Below, one piece after another: positions 28,795 to 38,094 of a DNA stretch of 64,000 bases (its first letter is position 1; each line of letters starts with the position of its first letter). Origin of the DNA: Dysgonamonadaceae bacterium (GTDB taxonomy: Bacteria > Bacteroidota > Bacteroidia > Bacteroidales > Azobacteroidaceae); contig JAISWH010000145.1 of NCBI GenBank assembly GCA_031271125.1, forward strand, positions 1,900 through 65,899, in the 5' to 3' direction. The position numbers and the translations under genes were made by a program. The notes under the pieces were generated by a model. The model searched no databases, was not told where the DNA came from, and saw only the letters and a program-made list of their open reading frames with translations.

Positions 28795-30051
28795 ATGAAA
28801 CATACTTTAATTTTAATTGTCACCTGTTTGTTATATGCAACTTCCCAAGAAAACATGCAGGCGCAAAAATTCAAGACCGGTGCATTTTCCGACAAGGTAA
28901 AAACCCTGCAAGTGCATCCTGCCGATCGATGGGACGCTGCGCCGATTGTAGAATTGAACGCCGCCGACGGGATTGTAATCAGTTTCGACGCGATGGAAGC
29001 CGCTCCCGGCGCATATACCTATACCATAACACATTGCAATGCCGACTGGACGCCTTCGCAATTAATTCAATCCGAATTTATGAGCGGTTTTCAGAACCGT
29101 TATGTCGATGATTATGCTTCGTCTTTCAATACGACGATGAATTATGTCAATTACCGCATCACTTTTCCCAACGACGATGTAACATTGAAAGTATCAGGGA
29201 ATTATGCGGTTCAGGTTTTTCCGGAATACGCCGATACGCCGATTTTATGCGCTTGTTTTTCGGTCGTCGAACGGAAATCGGATATTTTCATGCAAGTGAC
29301 TTCGCAAACCGATCGGGGCATGAATAATTTTTATCAACAAGTTAATTTTACGCTGACTTACGGCAATGAAGTGAAAACACCCATGCAGGATTTGAAAGTG
29401 TTTGTGCGCCAGAATAATCGCTCCGACAATGAAGCGGCTTTGGTGAAACCGTTGCGTATTCAAGGCAATCAACTTATCTACGAGCATATTCCTTCGTTGA
29501 TATTCGAGGCCGGGAATGAATACCGGAATTTTGAGATGACAACTCACCAATACAGTGGTCTGAATATAGAAGCCATTCAATATTATTCGCCTTATTATCA
29601 CGCCATATTGTATCCCGATAATATCCGCGCCGGCCGTTCTTACTCTTATTACGAAGATATCAACGGCAAAATTTTTATTCGCACGCTTTCGGGAACAAAT
29701 GCCGATACGGAGGCCGATTATTACATTGTTCATTTTTTCCTTCCCTGCAAAAATCCTTATCCCGAAGCGGTTTACATTTTGAGCGAAGCTTTCAATAATC
29801 TTTTGGACGAACGGAGTAAAATGGATTACAATCCGCAGGAAGGCGGTTATGAAAAATCCGTATTGTTGAAAGAAGGCTATTATAACTATCTGTATGTCAC
29901 GCGGAAAAATGATAAGTCAAGTAGCGGTACGGCTTTGATGGAAGGGAATTATTACCAAACGGAAAATGAGTACCGGGTTTTGGTTTATTTCCGTCGCACC
30001 GGCGACAAATACGATCAATTAATCGGAACGCAAACGATTCAATTTAAATAA
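28795..30051 (+). CDS. DUF5103 protein / type IX secretion system plug
   Basis: Signal peptide, HCNADWTPS, KVSGNY, FEAGNEYR.F, EDING, LKEGYYNY, GNYYQTENEY. Confidence 0.8.
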   Translation: MKHTLILIVTCLLYATSQENMQAQKFKTGAFSDKVKTLQVHPADRWDAAPIVELNAADGIVISFDAMEAAPGAYTYTITHCNADWTPSQLIQSEFMSGFQNRYVDDYASSFNTTMNYVNYRITFPNDDVTLKVSGNYAVQVFPEYADTPILCACFSVVERKSDIFMQVTSQTDRGMNNFYQQVNFTLTYGNEVKTPMQDLKVFVRQNNRSDNEAALVKPLRIQGNQLIYEHIPSLIFEAGNEYRNFEMTTHQYSGLNIEAIQYYSPYYHAILYPDNIRAGRSYSYYEDINGKIFIRTLSGTNADTEADYYIVHFFLPCKNPYPEAVYILSEAFNNLLDERSKMDYNPQEGGYEKSVLLKEGYYNYLYVTRKNDKSSSGTALMEGNYYQTENEYRVLVYFRRTGDKYDQLIGTQTIQFK

Positions 30052-30054
30052 GTT

Positions 30055-30765
30055 ATGCTTTTGTTTTACGTTCCCGATATGGCCGACCGACCACAACTTC
30101 CCGAAGCGGAAGCGCAACATTGCCTGAAAGTGTTGCGGATGCAGGCCGGCGACATTGTGCATGTAACCGACGGAAAAGGAAATTTATACAAAGCCGCCAT
30201 CCTCGAAACGCATCCGAAACATTGCCTGTTGGACATTTTACAAATCACTCCTCAAGCGCCGGCCCGGGAAGGGCAAATAACTATCGCCCTGGCGCCGGCT
30301 AAAAACATGGAACGGACAGAATGGTTCGCCGAAAAAGCGACGGAAATAGGATTAGACGCCATCGCTTTTTTGAATTGCCGTTTCTCGGAACGAAAAGAGA
30401 TTAAAACAGAGCGGATTAACAAAATACTCATTTCGGCTATGAAACAATCTTTGAAAACCCGCTTGCCCAAACTGCAAGAGATGACCGGCTTCCAACAATT
30501 CATCACTCAAAACTTTGAAGGGCAAAAGTTTATCGCCCACTGCTACCCCGGGCAAAAATCTTTATTGTCAAAAACTTATCGTCCGGGCGAAAATGTGTTG
30601 GTACTCATCGGACCGGAAGGCGATTTCAGCGAAGAAGAAGTTGAATCGGCTGTTAAGCAGGGATTTACTCCCGTCTCATTGGGCGAAAGCCGGCTGCGGA
30701 CGGAAACAGCGGCGCTGACTGCTTGCCAGATTATTCACGTTGTCAATCAAATCGCTGAAAAATGA
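30055..30765 (+). CDS. rsmE: 16S rRNA m3U1498 methyltransferase
   Basis: HCLKVLR, EKATEIG, LIGPEGDFS, SLGESRLRTETA. Confidence 0.96.
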   Translation: MLLFYVPDMADRPQLPEAEAQHCLKVLRMQAGDIVHVTDGKGNLYKAAILETHPKHCLLDILQITPQAPAREGQITIALAPAKNMERTEWFAEKATEIGLDAIAFLNCRFSERKEIKTERINKILISAMKQSLKTRLPKLQEMTGFQQFITQNFEGQKFIAHCYPGQKSLLSKTYRPGENVLVLIGPEGDFSEEEVESAVKQGFTPVSLGESRLRTETAALTACQIIHVVNQIAEK

Positions 30766-31436
30766 AGAAACGACTGATACGAATCGTGCAGTGGACAAGA
30801 AATATCATTGTATTTTTCTTTGTACTCAGCTTGTTATCGGTACTTTTGTATAAATATGTTCCGGTGTATTACACCCCGCAGATGTTGACCCGTTCACACA
30901 TTTCCCATCAATGGCGGCCGTTGTCGGATATTTCCCAACACTTGGCGCAAGCCGTTGTCGCTTCGGAAGATAATTTTTTCTTAATCCATAATGGATTCAA
31001 TATGAACCGGTTTTCAATAGACTCTACAAAACTGTTCAGGAGCATGGTATTGACGGAAAACAAAACCATTTCCCAACAAACCGCCGATGCGGTATTTCTA
31101 TTTCCCGGCCGTTCCTGGATTCACAACAGTCTCGAAACTTATTTCACCATATTGATTGAATTTGTCTGGGGCAAAAAACGCATCATGGAAATTTATCTCA
31201 ATACCAAAGAAATGGGTGACGGAATTTTCGGCGCAGAAGCGATTGCCGAAAAGAATTTTCAAAAGCCGGCAACCTTACTTTCAACGGCGGAGGCGGCTTT
31301 GATTACGACGGCTTTCCCGAACCCGAAAGCGTTTAATTCGGGAAAACCAACCAATTACATGTTAAAACAACAAGCAAAAATCATTTCCTTGATGGCTAAA
31401 ATCATTCCGGTCGAAATGGGTGGCTCGACAGAATGA
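30762..31436 (+). CDS. mtgA: Monofunctional peptidoglycan transglycosylase-like protein with degenerate motifs
   Basis: ASEDNFFLIHNGF, TISQQTA, WGKKRIMEIYLN, GDGIFGAEA; N-terminal TM helix. Confidence 0.8.
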   Translation: MKKRLIRIVQWTRNIIVFFFVLSLLSVLLYKYVPVYYTPQMLTRSHISHQWRPLSDISQHLAQAVVASEDNFFLIHNGFNMNRFSIDSTKLFRSMVLTENKTISQQTADAVFLFPGRSWIHNSLETYFTILIEFVWGKKRIMEIYLNTKEMGDGIFGAEAIAEKNFQKPATLLSTAEAALITTAFPNPKAFNSGKPTNYMLKQQAKIISLMAKIIPVEMGGSTE

Positions 31437-31461
31437 AACAGTCCTCAATAATCGCAATAAT

Positions 31462-32181
31462 ATGAAAACGCTCAATTCTCAACGCTCAATTCTCAATCGG
31501 CTAACGCCGAACGTTGTTTCTCAATTAGAATACGCCGATTGGGGTGTAACGCCCTACGCCGAAGCATACAAGAAGCAAAAAGCCCTGTTTGATACGGCTC
31601 TTGAACGGAAAATGGCTCACGAACCCGTATGCAATACCTTGATCTTCTGCGAACATCCTCATGTAATCACTATCGGTAAAAACGGCTCGGACGCCAACCT
31701 GCTGTTTCCCGAAGAAATCCTGAAAGAGAAACAAGTGGCGCTATTCAGGGTGGATAGAGGCGGAGATATTACCTATCACGGACCGGGGCAATTAGTAGGT
31801 TACCCGATATTGGATTTGGAATCTTTCCATATCGGGTTAAAGGAATATATTCACCGGATAGAAGAAGCTATCATTGATTTATTGGCGAAATATAATATTA
31901 AAGGAGAACGATTGGCGGGAGCCACCGGCGTTTGGATAGATACCGGCCTGCCGGGTAAAGCGCGAAAGATCTGCGCTATCGGGGTGAGAAGCAGCCGTTA
32001 TGTTACGATGCACGGATTTGCTTTGAATGTTTCTACCGATTTGGATTATTTCAATCTGATCAATCCTTGCGGATTTAAGGATAAGGGAGTAACTTCCATG
32101 GAAAAAGAATTGAACAGGGAAATTGGTATGGAGGAAGTGAAGAAATGTTTATTAAATTGTTTTATTCATGAATTCGAATAA
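31462..32181 (+). CDS. lipB: Lipoyl(octanoyl) transferase
   Basis: CEHPHVITIG, RGGDITYHGPGQLVGYPI, KICAIG, HGFALN, INPCG. Start uncertain (31420 or 31462). Confidence 0.95.
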   Translation: MKTLNSQRSILNRLTPNVVSQLEYADWGVTPYAEAYKKQKALFDTALERKMAHEPVCNTLIFCEHPHVITIGKNGSDANLLFPEEILKEKQVALFRVDRGGDITYHGPGQLVGYPILDLESFHIGLKEYIHRIEEAIIDLLAKYNIKGERLAGATGVWIDTGLPGKARKICAIGVRSSRYVTMHGFALNVSTDLDYFNLINPCGFKDKGVTSMEKELNREIGMEEVKKCLLNCFIHEFE

Positions 32182-32319
32182 AAATTTGATTTTGCGATCC
32201 ACGGGGCGGTTATCAGTACATTTAAATCCGGTAAATAAAGTCTGCCATTATTCCGCTTTTTAGGACTTGACAAAGAAATTTTTTGTACATTTGTATGTTT
32301 TTTAAAAATTCTAAAAATT

Positions 32320-33129
32320 ATGAGATTAATTATACAGCCCGATTACGAGGCTTTATCACAATGGGCGGCGCATTATGTCGCAGCGAAAATCAACAAGGCG
32401 AATCCGACGGATAAAAGTCCTTTTGTTCTGGGATTGCCTACCGGTTCCTCCCCCTTGGGAATGTACAAATACCTGATTGAATTGAACCGGAAAGGTTTGG
32501 TTTCATTCAAACACGTCATTACGTTTAATATGGACGAATACGTCGGTCTTCCCGAAAATCACCCGGAGAGTTACCATTCTTTTATGTGGAACAATTTTTT
32601 CAGTCATATCGACATCAATCCCGAACAGGTAAATATTCTGAACGGAAATGCACCCGACCCGGAACTCGAATGTGAAAATTACGAAATGAAAATCCAACAG
32701 GCAGGCGGAATCGACCTGTTCATCGGCGGAATAGGCCCCGACGGGCACATCGCATTCAACGAGCCTTGTTCGTCTTTACACTCCGGTACGAGAATCAAAA
32801 CGCTGACTACCGATACCATTATAGCCAATTCCCGCTTTTTTGACAACGATCCGGAAAAAGTTCCCCGAACGGCGCTCACAGTTGGCGTGGGAACCATCAT
32901 GTTTGCACAGGAAGTCTTGATTTTGGTAAACGGACACAACAAAGCCCGCGCTTTGGCGCAAGGCGTGGAAGGCTCTGTCTCGCAGATGTGGACGATTACG
33001 GCCTTGCAACTGCATCCCAAAGGAATTATTGTTTGCGACGAAGCGGCTACGGACGAATTGAAAGTGGGGACTTACAAATATTTTAAGGATATTGAAAAAA
33101 ATAATTTGGATTACAAAAGTCTTTTGTAA
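32320..33129 (+). CDS. nagB: Glucosamine-6-phosphate deaminase
   Basis: [38 protein letters not shown]; -7 box TACATTTG at 32286-32293. Confidence 0.97.
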   Translation: MRLIIQPDYEALSQWAAHYVAAKINKANPTDKSPFVLGLPTGSSPLGMYKYLIELNRKGLVSFKHVITFNMDEYVGLPENHPESYHSFMWNNFFSHIDINPEQVNILNGNAPDPELECENYEMKIQQAGGIDLFIGGIGPDGHIAFNEPCSSLHSGTRIKTLTTDTIIANSRFFDNDPEKVPRTALTVGVGTIMFAQEVLILVNGHNKARALAQGVEGSVSQMWTITALQLHPKGIIVCDEAATDELKVGTYKYFKDIEKNNLDYKSLL

Positions 33130-33192
33130 TTACCCCAATGTAATTCAAAAAATTTCACGTACATTTGCACCTAATAAAAAAAATAATAGAAC

Positions 33193-34269
33193 ATGGGAAA
33201 TACAATCACTTTAGGAAACTTAGACGCTAAAAATTTCAGGAAACAAGTGGATGGAAAAGAAGTTGACCTGTTTATTCTGAAAAACAAAGTTGGAATGGAA
33301 GTGTCGGTCATTAATTTCGGCGCTAAAATCGTATCCATTCACGTTCCCGATAAAAACGGAAAAATGACGGACGTCGTTCTCGGTAAAAGCAACATCGACG
33401 ACTATATGAACGATCAGGAACCTTATTTCGGCGCTATTTGCGGACGTACGGCGGGACGCATTGCCAACGGTCGTTTTGAGCTGAACGGAAAAGAATATCA
33501 GTTGGCGATAAACAATGGTCCCAACAATTTACACGGCGGAATCAAGGGTTTCAATGCTGTGGTTTGGGACGCCGAACAAGCGGATGAAAAAACGCTGAAA
33601 CTGTCGTATCTTTCCAAAGACGGCGAAGAAGGTTTTCCCGGAAATCTATCCGCAACGGTCATTTACAGACTGACCGACGAGAATGCCCTCGAAATTGATT
33701 ATCAGGTAACGACCGATAAAACAACGATTCATAACCTGACCAATCATTCGTATTTCAACCTGTCGGGTGAAGGCGATCCGTACATCGGCGATCACGAATT
33801 GCAAATCAATGCCGCATCTTATATCCCGACCAGCGATGTGGCGATTCCTTTCGGCAAACCCGAAAAGGTGGAAGGAACGCCTTTTGATTTTCGCACGCCG
33901 CACACCATCGGCGAAAGGATTGAGGAAAAAGACACGCAACTGATTTACGGGAACGGTTACGATCATCCTTTTGACTTGGGCAAAACAGATAACGCATTGA
34001 TTTTGTGCGCTAAAGCGGTTTCCCCGAAAACGGGAATCGCCTTGGAAATCTTAAGTACCGAACCATGCATTGTGCTTTACACCGGCAATTACTTAGACGG
34101 CAGTTTCCCCGGCAAAAACGGACATCATTATCCGAAACGTTCGGCTTTCTGTTTGGAAACGCAGCATTTCCCCGACAGTATTCACCATCCGGAATATCCG
34201 TCCACAGTATTGAACGCGGGAGAAGCGTATGAAAGCCAAACGGTATTTAAATTCTCTGTAGAAAAATGA
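33193..34269 (+). CDS. galM: Aldose 1-epimerase (mutarotase)
   Basis: GRIANG, LHGG, EEGFPG, NLTNHSYFNL, GYDH, CLETQHFPD; -7 box at 33160-33167. Confidence 0.93.
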   Translation: MGNTITLGNLDAKNFRKQVDGKEVDLFILKNKVGMEVSVINFGAKIVSIHVPDKNGKMTDVVLGKSNIDDYMNDQEPYFGAICGRTAGRIANGRFELNGKEYQLAINNGPNNLHGGIKGFNAVVWDAEQADEKTLKLSYLSKDGEEGFPGNLSATVIYRLTDENALEIDYQVTTDKTTIHNLTNHSYFNLSGEGDPYIGDHELQINAASYIPTSDVAIPFGKPEKVEGTPFDFRTPHTIGERIEEKDTQLIYGNGYDHPFDLGKTDNALILCAKAVSPKTGIALEILSTEPCIVLYTGNYLDGSFPGKNGHHYPKRSAFCLETQHFPDSIHHPEYPSTVLNAGEAYESQTVFKFSVEK

Positions 34270-34312
34270 CAATCAATCTATTAATAAACTATTAAATAAT
34301 AAAGGTACAATT

Positions 34313-35590
34313 ATGACACAGCAAAAAAAGAATTACGCATTACCTATTGTAATGATGATTATCCTTTTTGGGATGATTTCTTTCGTAACCGGATTGGGAG
34401 GCCCATTCGGGATGATTCTGAAAGATCAGTTCGGGGCCTCGAACGCCATGTCCCAATTGGGAACATTCGCTAATTTTATCGCATACGCTTTCATGGGAAT
34501 ACCCTCCGGTTTGTTGTTGCAACGAATCGGATACAAGAAAACAGCATTACTGGCTATTATTATCGGTTTTGTCGGTGTAGGAATACAGTTCCTTTCCGGT
34601 GTAGCCGGCAGTTTTGCCGTTTATGTCTGCGGCGCATTTGTAGCCGGATTTTCCATGTGTATGCTGAATTCGGTAGTCAATCCGATGTTAAACACTTTGG
34701 GAGGCGGCGGTAAAGGAGGTAATACACTGATTCAAATCGGCGGCACTTTTAACTCCATTAATGCAACTTTAGTTCCCGTTCTGGTTGGTTACCTGATCGG
34801 AGGAATTGTACAACCAACCATTCAGGATGCTAATCCTGTATTGTTTATTGCTATGGGAATCTTTGCTACTATATTTGTAGTATTGTATTTTGTAAATATT
34901 CCGGAACCTCATGCGGAAGTAATCGTAAAATCAACTGAAAAAGACAAGCATAGCGCCCTTTCTTTCCGTCACTTCATACTGGGAGCAATCGGTATTTTTG
35001 TTTATGTAGGAGTTGAAGTCGGCATACCTAATTTCATCATTTTATTTATGAAAGACGGGCTGGGGAAAGCAACAACCATCGCCGGAACCGTAGCCGGAAC
35101 CTATTGGTTCCTGATGCTTATCGGACGTTTTGTCGGGGCTTCTCTCGGATCCAAAGTATCCAGTAAAACCATGTTAACTTTTGCTTCGGCTTTGGGCTTG
35201 TTGTTTGTCGTTGCAGGTATATTTTTCCCTGTAACTTCCGAAATTACGATGCCGGTCTTCAAATCGGAAGGCGGTTCACTATCTTTTGGCATGGAGCAGG
35301 TTCCGGTTAGTGTGATGTTGTTTGTCCTGTGCGGTTTATGTACATCTATCATGTGGGGAGGAATTTTCAACTTGGCAGTCGAAGGTTTAGGTAAATATGT
35401 AAAAATGGCGTCCGGTATTTTCATGGTTATGGTTTGTGGCGGAGGTATCTTGCCTTGGATTCAAGGAAGAATCGCCGACTTAGGCGGATTCGTAACCAGC
35501 TACTGGGTCATTGCCGCCGGTTTGGCTTACTTGCTGTATTATGCACTTATCGGCAGTAAAAATGTCAATAAAGATATTCCGGTAGAGTAA
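34313..35590 (+). CDS. MFS sugar permease (GluP/FucP family)
   Basis: 12 TM helices, NFIAYAFMGIP, VNP, FVYVGVEVG, SIMWGGIFNLA. Confidence 0.88.
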   Translation: MTQQKKNYALPIVMMIILFGMISFVTGLGGPFGMILKDQFGASNAMSQLGTFANFIAYAFMGIPSGLLLQRIGYKKTALLAIIIGFVGVGIQFLSGVAGSFAVYVCGAFVAGFSMCMLNSVVNPMLNTLGGGGKGGNTLIQIGGTFNSINATLVPVLVGYLIGGIVQPTIQDANPVLFIAMGIFATIFVVLYFVNIPEPHAEVIVKSTEKDKHSALSFRHFILGAIGIFVYVGVEVGIPNFIILFMKDGLGKATTIAGTVAGTYWFLMLIGRFVGASLGSKVSSKTMLTFASALGLLFVVAGIFFPVTSEITMPVFKSEGGSLSFGMEQVPVSVMLFVLCGLCTSIMWGGIFNLAVEGLGKYVKMASGIFMVMVCGGGILPWIQGRIADLGGFVTSYWVIAAGLAYLLYYALIGSKNVNKDIPVE

Positions 35591-35625
35591 ATAGACTTGA
35601 ATTACTCCGAATTTTAATTTTTTTG

Positions 35626-35698
35626 TAAACACGAAAGCACAAAGACTAAGAAGATACGAAAATTAAGTATTAATAGTTTCTAAGTGCTTTCGTGTTTA
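35626..35698. repeat. 15 bp perfect inverted repeat between convergent genes
   Basis: TAAACACGAAAGCAC (35626-35640) ... GTGCTTTCGTGTTTA (35684-35698). Confidence 0.85.
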
Positions 35699-35778
35699 TC
35701 CTGTAATTTTTTCAGCAATAATTAGAGTTCTTCGTATCCTGAATGATATCCGTTCTTAAACTTATCATAACAATGGAA

Positions 35779-37335
35779 TTACCCAACAATAAAACGATTA
35801 ATGTTTCGTTTTTCTTTACTGAAATCAACACCTACTTTGACTAACTTTCTTCCATCCAACCGATAAGGTAACAAATAACCCTTATCATCAATTTGTTTGA
35901 GGGCGTCTTCAGCGCTACCGTCTAATTTAAACTCAAATACATAGATACGGTCTGTCGTCTTTACTACCGCGTCGGCTCTACCGGTTGCACTGCGTACTTC
36001 GGCTTCTGCATACTGTCCGATCAGGGTAAAAACTATATAGAAAATAGCCTGATAGTGACGCTCGTTGTCATTACTTAGCTCGTATGGAATTTTCGCAAAA
36101 AACACTTTTAACCGTTCCATAAAAGATTCTGTTTCTCCGGATTCAAGTTCATGGTAAAATTTGGCTATGTGAAACCCTGTTTCATCGTCGGTTACAGCCG
36201 TGTAGTAGGGCGTCAGAAATTCCATGAATCCATATCGTACTTCATCGTTTGGAAATCCCAAGGTATAGAGTCCGAGTTTCTTATCATAATTTTTTATTGT
36301 CATATAACCGCTTTGATAAATCATGGGAATCGGATTCTTGACGTCGACACGGTATTCCATAAAAGCAGCCGGTTTCAGCTCTATTCCTTCCGCCAACAAA
36401 CGGATATTATAGTTGCTATCTTTTAATAAATCAACCAAATAAGTCGGAGTGCCCGTTTGAAACCAATAACTGTCGAAATCCCCGAAATTCAGCGCATTCA
36501 GCACGCTGAACGGATTGAACATGCCAACGGAGCCGGGAGCAAAGTGATAACCGTCGTACTGGCGGGTCATTTTTTCGACAGCTTCCTCGAAAGTCATATT
36601 TTGCTTCTCTGCCAGTGATTTTAATTCCGGCGTAAAAACTTGCAATAACTCATCTTTAGAAATGCCGCATAAAGAAGCGTAACCCGGCTTGAGGCTAATA
36701 TCCACCAATTGGTTTAAATCACTGAACACACTGACTTGCGCAAATTTTGTGACGCCTGTCAGGAATACAAAACGCAAGTAGCGGTCGGAACTTTTGAGAA
36801 CACTATAAAATGCTTTTAATGTCCGGCGAAAGTCATTGGTTAATTTTTCGTCAAGGACATTGGACAACATGGGTTTGTCGTATTCATCAATTAATACGAC
36901 GACCTCTTTGCCGGTCTGTTCGTAAGCCCTGAGAATAACTCCTGCAAAGCGTCCTGAAAGCGTTTGATTATACGCATCCCCGCCCCAGGTATCTTCCCAT
37001 TTTTTCAAATGACGAGACAATATAGCTTCCAAAAATTCAACGCTTTCAAATTTCTCTGCATTCAAATCCAAATGCAGAACCGGATATTTTTCCCACTCGG
37101 TTTCCAATCCGGCTATGGCAAGTCCTTCGAACAATTCTTTCTTTCCTTGAAAATAAGCTTCAAAAGTAGAAAGCAACAAACTTTTTCCAAAGCGACGGGG
37201 ACGACTGAAAAAATACGGGATAGAGAGAGACGTTATCTCATAAATCTTAGCTGTTTTATCTACATACACATATCCCCCTCTACGCAGTTTTTCAAACGAT
37301 TGTATCCCTATCGGTAGTTTGCGTGCCTGTTCCAT
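35779..37335 (-). CDS. AAA-ATPase-like protein with C-terminal PD-(D/E)XK nuclease domain
   Basis: LPIGIQSF, YVDKT, SRPRRFGKS, LIDEYDKP, GRADAV...YVFEFK, ALKQI..KGY; -7 box TACCTTTG at 37357-37364. Confidence 0.9.
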   Translation of the reverse strand: MEQARKLPIGIQSFEKLRRGGYVYVDKTAKIYEITSLSIPYFFSRPRRFGKSLLLSTFEAYFQGKKELFEGLAIAGLETEWEKYPVLHLDLNAEKFESVEFLEAILSRHLKKWEDTWGGDAYNQTLSGRFAGVILRAYEQTGKEVVVLIDEYDKPMLSNVLDEKLTNDFRRTLKAFYSVLKSSDRYLRFVFLTGVTKFAQVSVFSDLNQLVDISLKPGYASLCGISKDELLQVFTPELKSLAEKQNMTFEEAVEKMTRQYDGYHFAPGSVGMFNPFSVLNALNFGDFDSYWFQTGTPTYLVDLLKDSNYNIRLLAEGIELKPAAFMEYRVDVKNPIPMIYQSGYMTIKNYDKKLGLYTLGFPNDEVRYGFMEFLTPYYTAVTDDETGFHIAKFYHELESGETESFMERLKVFFAKIPYELSNDNERHYQAIFYIVFTLIGQYAEAEVRSATGRADAVVKTTDRIYVFEFKLDGSAEDALKQIDDKGYLLPYRLDGRKLVKVGVDFSKEKRNINRFIVG

Positions 37336-37512
37336 ATCTTTGATTTTGTTGTTTTGCAAAGGTAACGATTATTTATTACATCAGTAACGATAAATGTTAT
37401 TAACTTTTTCATTGCCCATTAATTTTTTTCAGCAATGTTCCCCCTGTGAATATACGCTTTTGACTTTTTCTCCGTTATTATCTATACAATTAGCTAATTC
37501 AAAATTTACCGC

Positions 37513-38094
37513 ATGTTAGATTATATTAAAGGAGAAATAGCCGAATTAACCCCGGCTTCGGTGGTTGTCGAAACAGGTGGCATAGGTTATCTCGCCCATA
37601 TTTCGTTGAATACTTACAGTGCAATCGGCAGTTTAAAAACCTGTAAACTATTTGTTTACGAATCTATCAGGGAAGATGCGCACCAACTGTTCGGTTTTCT
37701 GGAAAAACGTGAACGTGAACTTTTCCTGCACTTGATTTCGGTTTCCGGAGTTGGCGCCAACACCGCCCGGATGGTACTTTCATCCATTGCCGTCTACGAA
37801 CTCGAAAGCATTATCACATCGGGGAATGTCAATGCTTTGAAAGCCGTGAAAGGCATCGGAAACAAAACAGCCGAACGGATTATTATCGACCTGAAAGATA
37901 AAGTAAAAATCAGCGGAACAACCGTAGCCGCCTCAAATGTCGTATTAAGCGAAGCCGCCCGGGAAGCCGTTTCGGCGCTTACTATGTTGGGATTCAATCA
38001 ATTGGCATCCCAAAAGATAGTCAATAAAATATACTCGGAAAAACCGGCTTTGAATGTAGAAGATATTATTAAAAATGCACTGAAAATGCTTTGA
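37513..38094 (+). CDS. ruvA: Holliday junction branch migration protein RuvA
   Basis: GGIGY, REDAHQLFGF, VSGVG, VKGIGNKTAERI, EAVSALTMLGF. Confidence 0.97.
   Translation: MLDYIKGEIAELTPASVVVETGGIGYLAHISLNTYSAIGSLKTCKLFVYESIREDAHQLFGFLEKRERELFLHLISVSGVGANTARMVLSSIAVYELESIITSGNVNALKAVKGIGNKTAERIIIDLKDKVKISGTTVAASNVVLSEAAREAVSALTMLGFNQLASQKIVNKIYSEKPALNVEDIIKNALKML

Noticed and set aside
2299-32181. glyA, gcvP and lipB as a one-carbon metabolism cluster
   Set aside because: They are 7-18 kb apart with unrelated genes between; no operon or shared motif is evident.
32182-32280. Possible structured RNA between lipB and nagB (GGGGCGGTTATCAG...CTGCCATTATTCCGC)
   Set aside because: Only weak pairing and no recognisable riboswitch or tRNA consensus; it would need an Infernal search.
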